Below are positions 22,800 to 31,370 of a stretch of DNA of 64,000 nucleotides, piece after piece (position 1 is the stretch's first letter; every line of letters starts with the position of its first letter). The stretch comes from Tagaea sp. (lineage in GTDB: Bacteria > Pseudomonadota > Alphaproteobacteria > CACIAM-22H2): the NCBI GenBank assembly GCA_965279525.1, contig CBDIIB010000004.1, positions 416,001-480,000 of the forward strand. The letters run 5' to 3'. A program made the position numbers and the translations under genes. The notes beneath the pieces were generated by a model, which saw only the letters and a list, made by a program, of their open reading frames with translations, did no database searches and was not told the origin of the DNA.

Positions 22800-23918
22800 A
22801 TGAGTCCGACAGAAACAGCCGACTGCGTCGTGATCGGCGCGGGGATCGTGGGGCTCGCCGTCGCAAGGGCTCTGGCGCAGGCCGGGCGCGACGTCATCGT
22901 CCTGGAGGCGGCCGACGCGATCGGCACCGAAACCTCCTCGCGCAACAGCGAGGTCGTCCACGCCGGCATCTACTATCCGACGGGCAGCCTGAAGGCCCGG
23001 CACTGCGTGGCCGGCAAGAATTTCATCTACGGATATTGCGCCGAGCGCGGCATCGAGGCGCGCCGCACGACCAAGCTGATCGTCGCCACGACCGATGCGC
23101 AGGTGGCGTATCTCGAGAACCTGAAGGCCCAAGGCGAGGCCAACGACGTGCACGACCTGCGCATGCTCGACGCGGCCGAGGCGCGTGCACTGGAGCCGGA
23201 ACTGGTCTGCGTGGCCGCCCTGCTGTCGCCGTCGACCGGGATCGTCGACAGCCACGGCCTGATGCTCGCCTTCCAGGGCGACGCGGAATCGCACGGCGCC
23301 ATGATCGCGTTCGAAACGCCGGTCGTGGGCGGTGCCGTCGCCAACGACGGCATCGTCGTGCAAACGGGCGGCGCTTCGCCGATGCGCCTCAAGGCGCGCA
23401 CGCTCGTCAACGCCGCGGGGCTGGGGGCGATGAAGGTCGCGCACGCGATCGACGGGATCCCGCCGGCGTCGATCCCGCCGCTCCACTACGCCAAGGGGAA
23501 CTATTTCGCGTTGCAGGGACGCACGCCGTTCTCGCGGCTGATCTATCCCGTGCCCGAACAGGGCGGGCTTGGCGTCCACATCACGATCGACCTGGCCGGG
23601 CAGGCAAGGTTCGGCCCCGATGTCGAATGGGTCGAGGCCCTGGAATACGACGTCGATCCGCGCCGCGCCGACGTTTTCTATGCCGAGGTGCGCCGCTACT
23701 GGCCGGGTCTGGCGGACGGGGCGCTGGTCCCGTCCTATTCCGGTATCCGGCCCAAGATCGTGCCCAAAGGCGCCCCGAACCCGGATTTCGTGATCCAGGG
23801 CCCCGAAGCCCACGGCGTTCCGGGGCTGGTGGCGCTCTACGGCATCGAATCGCCCGGCCTCACCTCGTCGCCGTCGATCGCAGAACATGTTGCCCGCATC
23901 GTCGCGGAAATGTCGTAA
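22800..23918 (+). CDS. L-2-hydroxyglutarate oxidase (LhgO)-family FAD oxidoreductase
   Basis: [45 protein letters not shown]. Confidence 0.9.
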   Translation: MSPTETADCVVIGAGIVGLAVARALAQAGRDVIVLEAADAIGTETSSRNSEVVHAGIYYPTGSLKARHCVAGKNFIYGYCAERGIEARRTTKLIVATTDAQVAYLENLKAQGEANDVHDLRMLDAAEARALEPELVCVAALLSPSTGIVDSHGLMLAFQGDAESHGAMIAFETPVVGGAVANDGIVVQTGGASPMRLKARTLVNAAGLGAMKVAHAIDGIPPASIPPLHYAKGNYFALQGRTPFSRLIYPVPEQGGLGVHITIDLAGQARFGPDVEWVEALEYDVDPRRADVFYAEVRRYWPGLADGALVPSYSGIRPKIVPKGAPNPDFVIQGPEAHGVPGLVALYGIESPGLTSSPSIAEHVARIVAEMS

Positions 23919-23954
23919 AAAAGCACAAGAATCGCCAAGGGAAGGAACCCGTCG

Positions 23955-24719
23955 ATGGACATGCCGGTCAACCAGTTCAAGAAGGCCCTCAAGGAGGGCA
24001 GGCAGCAGATCGGTCTGTGGTCGACGCTGTGTTCGAACATGGGAACGGAGGGCGTCGGCGGATCGGGCTTCGACTGGCTGCTGCTCGACACCGAGCATTC
24101 GCCCAACGAGCTGCCGGGGCTGGTCAGCCAGCTTCAGGCGATCAAGGTCGGCTCGACCGTGCCGATCGTCCGTCCGGCATGGAACGACGCGGTGCTGCTC
24201 AAGCGCCTGCTCGACATCGGCTTCCAGACCGTGCTGATCCCGTTCGTGCAGACGCCCGACGAAGCGCGCAAGGCCGTCGCCGCGACGCGCTATCCGCCGC
24301 AGGGTATCCGCGGCGTGTCGACGTCGGCGCGCGCGTCCAATTTCGGGCGCGTGAACGACTATCTCAAGAAGGCCAACGACGAGATCTGCGTGCTCGTGCA
24401 GGTCGAGACGACCGAAGCGCTCGCGCGCATCGGCGAGATCGCCGCGGTCGACGGCGTCGACGGCGTGTTCATCGGTCCGTCGGACCTTGCCGCCTCGATG
24501 GGCCATCTGGGCAACTTCCAGCACCCCGACGTGCAGAAGGCGATCTCGGACGCCATCAAGCCGATCCGGGCGGCCGGCAAGGCGGGCGGGTATCTGACCG
24601 GCAATGAGGACGAGGCGAAGAAGCGCCTTGCCGAAGGCTTCCAGTTCGTCGCGGTCGGCAGCGATTTCGGCCTGTTGCTGAAAGCGGCCGACGCTCTCGT
24701 CAAACGCTTCAAGGCCTGA
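23955..24719 (+). CDS. HpcH/HpaI class II aldolase
   Basis: GFDWLLLDTEHSPN, VQVET, FIGPSDLAASMG. Confidence 0.93.
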   Translation: MDMPVNQFKKALKEGRQQIGLWSTLCSNMGTEGVGGSGFDWLLLDTEHSPNELPGLVSQLQAIKVGSTVPIVRPAWNDAVLLKRLLDIGFQTVLIPFVQTPDEARKAVAATRYPPQGIRGVSTSARASNFGRVNDYLKKANDEICVLVQVETTEALARIGEIAAVDGVDGVFIGPSDLAASMGHLGNFQHPDVQKAISDAIKPIRAAGKAGGYLTGNEDEAKKRLAEGFQFVAVGSDFGLLLKAADALVKRFKA

Positions 24720-24732
24720 AGGAGAACCCCAG

Positions 24733-25680
24733 ATGGCGACCAAACCCGACGTTATTTCCGGCGCCCCGCTGCCGCTCAATTGCGGCGACCGGCTGACGGA
24801 GCGCTTCACCGTCCACAAGATGCCGGCGGAGCCGGACCGTCCGGCGTTCTTCGCGGCCCTCAAGGACAAGGTGCGCTTCCTGCAGTGGAGCGGCTCGATC
24901 AAGACCGGCCCCGCGATCATGGATGCGCTGCCCAAGCTCGAGCTGATCTCGTGCTTCGGCGTGGGCTATGACGGCATCGACGTGCCGGCCGCGACCCAGC
25001 GCAAGATCGCCGTCACCAACACGCCCGACGTGCTGAACGACTGCGTGGCCGACACGGCCATCGGGCTCGTGCTCAACGTCATGCGCCGCTACGTGGCGGC
25101 CGACAGGTATGTGCGCGCGGGCGACTGGGTCGCCAAGGGCATGCAGCCGCTGACGACGTCGGTGCATCACAAGAAGATCGGCATCGTCGGGCTGGGCCGC
25201 ATCGGCAAGACGATCGCCAAGCGGGCCCTGGGCTTCGACATGGAGGTCGGCTATTTCGGCCGCAACAAACAGGCCGGCGTGGCGTTCCGCTACTTCGACA
25301 GGCTCGCCGCCATGGCCGCGTGGTGCGACGTATTGGTCGTCATCACGCCGGGCGGGGCGGAGACCAAGAACATGATCAACGCGGAAATCCTCGAAGCGCT
25401 GGGGCCGAAGGGCTATCTCGTCAACGTCGCACGCGGTTCGGTCGTCGACGAACCGGCGCTGATCGCGGCCCTGAAGGCGGGCAAGATCGCCGGTGCCGGT
25501 CTCGACGTGTTCGCCGACGAGCCGAACGTGCCCGCCGAGCTGATCGCGATGGAGAACGTCGTGCTCGCCCCGCATGTCGCCTCGGCCACGGTCGAGACGC
25601 GCAAGGCGATGGGCGATCTCGTGGTCGACAACCTGATCAACGCACTCGAAGGCAAGCCGCTTCTCACGCGGGTCAACTAG
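24733..25680 (+). CDS. D-isomer-specific 2-hydroxyacid dehydrogenase (hydroxypyruvate/glyoxylate reductase-like)
   Basis: GVGYDGID, GLGRIG, NVARGSVVDE, LDVFADEP, PHVAS. Confidence 0.93.
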   Translation: MATKPDVISGAPLPLNCGDRLTERFTVHKMPAEPDRPAFFAALKDKVRFLQWSGSIKTGPAIMDALPKLELISCFGVGYDGIDVPAATQRKIAVTNTPDVLNDCVADTAIGLVLNVMRRYVAADRYVRAGDWVAKGMQPLTTSVHHKKIGIVGLGRIGKTIAKRALGFDMEVGYFGRNKQAGVAFRYFDRLAAMAAWCDVLVVITPGGAETKNMINAEILEALGPKGYLVNVARGSVVDEPALIAALKAGKIAGAGLDVFADEPNVPAELIAMENVVLAPHVASATVETRKAMGDLVVDNLINALEGKPLLTRVN

Positions 25681-25695
25681 ACAGGGGTAGCGGGT

Positions 25696-28104
25696 ATGGC
25701 GGGGTTGAAGTCGTCGGCGCGCGTGGTTGTGATCGGCGGCGGCATCGCCGGCTGCTCGACGGCCTACCATCTCGCCAAGCTCGGCTGGAAGGACGTGCTG
25801 CTCGTCGAGCGCGCGCGGCTGACCAGCGGCACGACGTGGCACGCGGCTGGTCTCGTCGGCCAGATGCGCCCGAACCGCGCGATGACGCAGATGAGCAAAT
25901 ACGGCATCGAGCTCTATTCGAGCCTCGAGGCCGAGACGGGCCAGGCCACCGGCTGGAAGCAGTGCGGCTCGGTCAATGTGGCGCGCACGCCCGAACGCTG
26001 GGTGGCGCTGAAGCGACAGGCCGCGATGGCGCGCGGCTTCGGCGTCGACATGGAGCCGATGACGCCATCGGAAGCCGGCAAGAAATGGCCGCTGATGCGC
26101 ACCGACGACCTGACGGGTGCGATGTGGGTGCCGGGCGACGGCAAGGCCAATCCCGCGGACCTCACGATGGCGCTCGCCAAAGGTGCCCGCCAGATGGGTG
26201 TCACGATCGCCGAGGGTGTCGGCGTCACCGGCTTCGGCTTCAAAGGCAACCGCATCGCCTCGGTCGAGACGACGCAAGGGTCGGTCGCGTGCGAAACCGT
26301 CGTGCTCGCCGCCGGCCAGTGGACGCGCCAGCTTGCTGCCAAGATGAACGTCGCGGTGCCGCTGCATTCGGCCGAGCATTTCTACATCGTCACGAAGAAG
26401 ATCGACGGCATCACGCCGGACCTGCCGGTGATGCGCGATCCCGACGGCTACATCTATTACAAGGAAGAGGTCGGCGGTCTGGTGATGGGCGGCTTCGAGC
26501 CGGTCGCCAAGCCCTGGGGCATGGACGGCATCCCCGAGGATTTCGCCTTCCAGCTGCTGCCCGAGGACTGGGACCAGTTCCAGATCCTGATGGAGAATGC
26601 GCTCCACCGCACGCCGTGCCTGGAAACGGCCGAAGTGCGCCAACTCCTGAACGGGCCCGAGAGCTTCACGCCGGACGGGAACTTCATTTTGGGTGAAGCG
26701 CCCGGCCTTGCCGGCGTGTTCGTGTGCGCGGGCTTCAACTCGGCCGGCATCGCCAATGGCGGCGGGGCTGGGCGGCTGACGGCCGAATGGATCGTCGGCG
26801 GCGAAGCGCCGGTCGATCTGGCGGACGTCGACATCCGCCGCTTCGCGGATTTCCACGCGAACGGCCGTTTCCTGCGCGAGCGCACCGTCGAAAGCCTCGG
26901 CCTGCACTACATCATGCGCTGGCCGCGCATGGAGATGGAAAGCGCGCGCGGGCTTCGCCGCTCGGCGATCTACGACAGGCTTGCCGCGAAGGGTGCGCGC
27001 TTCGGCTCCAAGATGGGCTGGGAACGCGTCAACTGGTTCGCACCCGCCGACGAGAAATTCCCCTATGCGTGGAAGCCCGTCTGGCTCGACCGCGTGCGCG
27101 CCGAACAGACGGCCGCGCGCGAGGGTGTCGCGATCATCGACCAGTCGAGCTTCGCCAAGATCCGCGTGCAGGGTCGCGACGCGGTCGCGTTCCTGCAACG
27201 CGTGTGCGCCAACGACGTCGACGTGCCCGTCGGCAACACGGTCTATACCGGCATCCTCAACGCGCGCGGCGGTTTCGAGGCCGACGTGACGCTGATCCGC
27301 ACGGCGCTTGATTCCTACCTGCTGATCACCGGTAGCGCACAGCTCGTGCGCGATACCGACTGGCTGACGCGCCGCCTCGACGGGGCCGCCGTCACGCTCG
27401 CCGACGCGAGTGCGCTGACCACCACGCTATCGCTGCTCGGGCCGAAATCGAAGGCGCTGTTGTCGAAGGTCTGTCCGGCAGTACCCGAGATCAAGCTCGG
27501 CCAGAGCGCGGAGGCCGATGTCGGCCTCGCGCGCATCCGCATCCTGCCGATGGGCTATGCCGGCGGGCCGGGCTACGAGATGCACGTCGCGACGGACTGC
27601 GCGGCCGGAATCTACGATGCACTCGTCGAGGCGTCGGGCGGCACGCTGGTCGATATCGGCTATTACGCGCTCGACGCGTTGCGCATCGAGGCCGGACGGC
27701 GCGCCTTCGGGCCGGAGCTGAGCTCCGACGAAACGCCGATCGAAGCGGGGCTGATGCACGCGGTGGCGCTGGCCAAGCCCGATTTCATCGGCAAGAAGGC
27801 GATCCTCGCCAAGCGCGAAGCGGGTGTCGCCAAGCGGCTGGTCATGCTCGCGGTCGAGAGTCCGGATATCTGGCTGTGGGGCGGGGAAGGGATCCTCGCC
27901 GACGGACGGCCGGCGGGCGAAATCTCGTCGGCGGGCTGGAGCACGACGCTGGGGCGCTGCGTGGCGATGGGCTATGTGCGCGCGCCCAAGCCGTTCACGC
28001 GCGAGGAAATGCTCGCCTGGAAGTTCTCGATCGACATCGCGGGCGAGAGCGTGCCGGTGCGCGTGCTGGCGCGCGCTGCCTTCCCGCCCGCAAAAATCAG
28101 TTGA
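25696..28104 (+). CDS. FAD-dependent amine oxidoreductase with GcvT-like domain (dimethylglycine/sarcosine dehydrogenase family)
   Basis: IGGGIAG, TSGTTWHAAG, GPESFTPDG, GWERVNWF, LRIEAG; 802 aa. Confidence 0.92.
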   Translation: MAGLKSSARVVVIGGGIAGCSTAYHLAKLGWKDVLLVERARLTSGTTWHAAGLVGQMRPNRAMTQMSKYGIELYSSLEAETGQATGWKQCGSVNVARTPERWVALKRQAAMARGFGVDMEPMTPSEAGKKWPLMRTDDLTGAMWVPGDGKANPADLTMALAKGARQMGVTIAEGVGVTGFGFKGNRIASVETTQGSVACETVVLAAGQWTRQLAAKMNVAVPLHSAEHFYIVTKKIDGITPDLPVMRDPDGYIYYKEEVGGLVMGGFEPVAKPWGMDGIPEDFAFQLLPEDWDQFQILMENALHRTPCLETAEVRQLLNGPESFTPDGNFILGEAPGLAGVFVCAGFNSAGIANGGGAGRLTAEWIVGGEAPVDLADVDIRRFADFHANGRFLRERTVESLGLHYIMRWPRMEMESARGLRRSAIYDRLAAKGARFGSKMGWERVNWFAPADEKFPYAWKPVWLDRVRAEQTAAREGVAIIDQSSFAKIRVQGRDAVAFLQRVCANDVDVPVGNTVYTGILNARGGFEADVTLIRTALDSYLLITGSAQLVRDTDWLTRRLDGAAVTLADASALTTTLSLLGPKSKALLSKVCPAVPEIKLGQSAEADVGLARIRILPMGYAGGPGYEMHVATDCAAGIYDALVEASGGTLVDIGYYALDALRIEAGRRAFGPELSSDETPIEAGLMHAVALAKPDFIGKKAILAKREAGVAKRLVMLAVESPDIWLWGGEGILADGRPAGEISSAGWSTTLGRCVAMGYVRAPKPFTREEMLAWKFSIDIAGESVPVRVLARAAFPPAKIS

Positions 28105-28936
28105 ACGTCGGGAACAGGCCGAGCAGGCGGCTCGGCTGCTGGTTGGCGATCGCCAGCGACTGGATGGCAAGCTGCTGGCGTACCTGAAGTGCCTGCACCG
28201 CCGCCGACGCCTTGCCGATATCCGCATCCACCAGCGCGCCGACGCCGATCGTGATCGCGTCGGTGATCGAATTGGTGAAGTTCGACTGCAGCGTCAGCGA
28301 GCGCGATTCCGACGCGTTCTGCCCGAGCGACGTGGCAACGGCGTCCGCGAACGTCGAAAGCGAAGTGAGGGCGAGCGTGGCTTCCGATGCCGAGGCGACC
28401 GACGAGGCAGCGAACGTCGTGAAGGCCGCACTGACCGACGACTGGCTGTTGACCGTCAGCGTGCTCGCAGATGCGTCGGCAAGGAACGTCTTCGAGGCGG
28501 AGCCGGCGGACAAAAGGTTCGTGCCGTTGTAGTTCGCCTGGCTGATGAAGTTCGATATCTGGTTGGTCAGCGCGTTGTAGTCGACCGTGTAGATCGCGCG
28601 CTGGCCTGCCGAGATGCCACCGTCGGCAAGCTGGGTGATTTTGGCTTCGAGATTGCCCGTAAGGTCGCTGATGCCGGTGAGCGCCCCTTGCGTGACGCTG
28701 CCCAGCCCGACGCCGTTGGCGAGCGAGGCCTGGACGGCCGCATAGGCCTGCAACTCGCCGCGCAGACCCTGGGCAACGGAGAAGGACGACGCGTCGTCGT
28801 ACGCATCGGCGACCCGATAGCCGGTCTGCAGCTGCTTCTGAGCAACCGAAAGGTTGTTGTTGATCGTCCTCAGCGACGCGAGGGCGGCGATCGAACTCGT
28901 ATTCGTGTTCACTGAATTCTGCAGTGAAGCGACCAT
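28097..28936 (-). CDS. Flagellin (orphan)
   Basis: SVNTN, QLQTGYRVADAYDDAS, ANYNGTNLL, LVDADIGKASA, QQLAIQSLAIANQQP. Confidence 0.93.
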   Translation of the reverse strand: MVASLQNSVNTNTSSIAALASLRTINNNLSVAQKQLQTGYRVADAYDDASSFSVAQGLRGELQAYAAVQASLANGVGLGSVTQGALTGISDLTGNLEAKITQLADGGISAGQRAIYTVDYNALTNQISNFISQANYNGTNLLSAGSASKTFLADASASTLTVNSQSSVSAAFTTFAASSVASASEATLALTSLSTFADAVATSLGQNASESRSLTLQSNFTNSITDAITIGVGALVDADIGKASAAVQALQVRQQLAIQSLAIANQQPSRLLGLFPTFN

Positions 28937-29048
28937 AGCAAGACCCCATGCGGGCCAATTCTTGCCCGACTAGTGTTTGCTTGGGTTGCGGGGGCGCTTC
29001 TCACCCGACGGCATTTCTTTGCCGCCACAGCTCAAGTGATTTCGAGTT

Positions 29049-29077
29049 TAGTTTATCGAACGTTAATTTGCTTGGCA
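29049..29077 (-). promoter_or_regulatory. Putative flagellin promoter overlapped by a CtrA-like box
   Basis: Minus strand TTGCCA-N17-TAAACT containing TTAA-CGTTCGA-TAAAC (one mismatch to TTAA-N7-TTAAC). Confidence 0.55.
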
Positions 29078-29090
29078 AGGCCCCGTCTTT

Positions 29091-29753
29091 TCAAACGGAT
29101 ACAGGGCGCCAATCATTCGCCAGATCAAGCTTCGCGCCGGTTTTTGCCTGCAATTCCGCGAAGCTGACACCCGGGGCGAGTTCACGCGCGACCAGTCCCG
29201 ACGGCATGACATCGATGACCGCAAGATTTGTGTAGATGCGTTTGACGACCCGTTTTGCGGTAAGGGGATAGGTGCAGCGTTCGACGATCTTCGGGCTGCC
29301 GTCCTTGGTGTTGTGCTCCATCAGCACGTAGACGCCCTTGGCCCCGGCCGCCAGATCCATCGCCCCGCCGACGGCCGGCGGCATCTTCTCGTCGCCGGTC
29401 GACCAGTTGGCGAGATCGCCCTCGACCGACACCTGCATGGCGCCGAGCAGGGCAAGGTCGATATGGCCGCCACGGATCATCACGAACGAGTCCGTGTGGT
29501 GGAAGATCGACGCACCCGGCACCAGCGAGATCAGCGCCTTCGACGCGTTGATGAGATCGGGATCGCCCTTGCCAGGTTCCGGCGTCGGCCCCACGCCGAG
29601 CACGCCGTTTTCCGAGTGGTAGACGATCTCGCGCCCGGCCGGCACGTAGTTGGCGACCAGCCCCGGCACGCCGATGCCGAGATTGACGACGGCACCGTCC
29701 CAAAGGTCGGCCGCCGCACGTTTGGCGATGTCGTCGCGGCTGAGGCCGGTCAT
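29091..29753 (-). CDS. 3-oxoacid CoA-transferase subunit B (PcaJ-like)
   Basis: VNLGIGVP, HSENG, IRGGHID, GGAMDL, CTYPLT. Confidence 0.93.
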   Translation of the reverse strand: MTGLSRDDIAKRAAADLWDGAVVNLGIGVPGLVANYVPAGREIVYHSENGVLGVGPTPEPGKGDPDLINASKALISLVPGASIFHHTDSFVMIRGGHIDLALLGAMQVSVEGDLANWSTGDEKMPPAVGGAMDLAAGAKGVYVLMEHNTKDGSPKIVERCTYPLTAKRVVKRIYTNLAVIDVMPSGLVARELAPGVSFAELQAKTGAKLDLANDWRPVSV

Positions 29754-30436
29754 GGCGTGCCCGCCTGTTTCGGGTTGGGGACATGGACGACGCGGTCGAC
29801 GAAGATGCCCGGCGTCACGACCAGTTCGGGATCGATGGCGCCAAGCTCGACGATCTCGCGCGCCTGCACGACCGCGAGGTCGGCCGCGGCCGCCATCGTT
29901 GGCCCGAAATTGCGCGCGGCCAGGCGATAGGTGAGGTTGCCCCAGCGATCCGCGCGCTCGGCCTTGACCAGCGCCACGTCGCCCTTGAGCGGCATCTCCA
30001 GCACGTATTCGCGCCCGTCGATCGTGCGCGATTCCTTGCCTTCGGCGAGCTTCGTGCCCGCGGCCGTGGGCGTATAGAAGCCGCCGATGCCGGCGGCGGC
30101 GGCACGCATGCGCTCGCTGAGCGTACCCTGCGGGACCAGCTCCAGCTCCAGCTTGCCGGCCGAATAAAGCTCCTCGAACACGACCGATCCCGACGTGCGC
30201 GGATAGGAGCACACGAGCTTGCGCACGCGCCCGGTTGCCAGCAGCTTGGCGACGTCGGTGCGCCCCGAGCCGGCGTTGTTCGAGACGACCGTCAGGTCTT
30301 TCGCACCTTGTTCGATCAGTCCGTCGATCAGCTCGACGGGAATTCCGGAATTGCCGAAGCCGGCGATCAGGACGACGGAACCGTCCTTCACGTCCTTCAT
30401 CGCTTCGGCCATCGATGCCACGGTCTTGTCGATCAT
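29750..30436 (-). CDS. 3-oxoacid CoA-transferase subunit A (PcaI-like)
   Basis: MIDKTV, SNNAG, PQGTLSER, GNLTY, VVTPGIFVDRV. Confidence 0.93.
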   Translation of the reverse strand: MIDKTVASMAEAMKDVKDGSVVLIAGFGNSGIPVELIDGLIEQGAKDLTVVSNNAGSGRTDVAKLLATGRVRKLVCSYPRTSGSVVFEELYSAGKLELELVPQGTLSERMRAAAAGIGGFYTPTAAGTKLAEGKESRTIDGREYVLEMPLKGDVALVKAERADRWGNLTYRLAARNFGPTMAAAADLAVVQAREIVELGAIDPELVVTPGIFVDRVVHVPNPKQAGTP

Positions 30437-30500
30437 GGGCGGCACACTAGCGGGCCGCGCGGTCGTTGCGCAACGGCGGCAAGTCGGGCCTACTCGGCCG

Positions 30501-31370
30501 ATGTTCGAAGGCTTCGAGACCGGGACGCATTCGCCCGAGGGTGTCGCGATCCACTACCGCAAGGGCGGCGCCGGGCCGGGCCTGCTGCTGCTGCACGGCT
30601 ATCCGCAGACACACGTGCTGTGGCGCAAGGTGGCCCCGGCGCTGGCGAAGCGCTTCACCGTCGTGTGCCCGGACCTGCGCGGCTACGGGGCTTCCGGCAA
30701 GCCGCCGGCGGGGCCGGACTTCGCCGCCTATTCCAAGCGCACGATGGCCAAGGACATGGTCGGGCTGATGCGCGATCTCGGCCTGCCGCACTTCGCCGTC
30801 TGCGGCCACGATCGCGGGGCCCGCGTCGCCTACCGGCTCGCCTTCGACCATCCGGACACCGTCACGAATCTCGTCACGCTCGACATCATCCCGACGCATG
30901 CGACCTGGACGCGCATGGACCACAAGCTGGCGCGCTCGATGTACCACTGGCAGTTCCTCGCCCAGCCCGACGGCCTGCCTGAACGGATGATCGGCGCCGA
31001 TCCCGACTATTACCTGACCGAGAAGCTACGTCGCTGGAGCCGCGACTTCTCGGCCTTCGAGCCGGAAGCGCTCGACGCCTACAAGGCCGCGTTCCGCGAC
31101 CCGGAGACGATCCGCGCCACCTGCGAGGATTACCGCGCCGGTGCCTCGATCGATTTCGACATCGACGCGGCGGATTTCGGAAAGCGGAAGATCGCGGCCC
31201 CCACGCTCGTGCTGTGGGGGCAGGGCGGATTGGCCAAACGCGCCGAGAACCCGCTCACGGTCTGGCGCGACTGGGCCGCCGACGTGCGCGGCCATGCGCT
31301 CGCGTGCGGTCATTTCCTGCCAGAGGAAGACCCGGCGGGAACGCTCGCGGCGCTGGAAGCGTTTCTCTAG
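30501..31370 (+). CDS. Haloacetate/fluoroacetate dehalogenase-family alpha/beta hydrolase
   Basis: HGYPQT, GHDRGARV, YHWQF, CEDYRAG, GHFLPEE. Confidence 0.88.
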   Translation: MFEGFETGTHSPEGVAIHYRKGGAGPGLLLLHGYPQTHVLWRKVAPALAKRFTVVCPDLRGYGASGKPPAGPDFAAYSKRTMAKDMVGLMRDLGLPHFAVCGHDRGARVAYRLAFDHPDTVTNLVTLDIIPTHATWTRMDHKLARSMYHWQFLAQPDGLPERMIGADPDYYLTEKLRRWSRDFSAFEPEALDAYKAAFRDPETIRATCEDYRAGASIDFDIDAADFGKRKIAAPTLVLWGQGGLAKRAENPLTVWRDWAADVRGHALACGHFLPEEDPAGTLAALEAFL

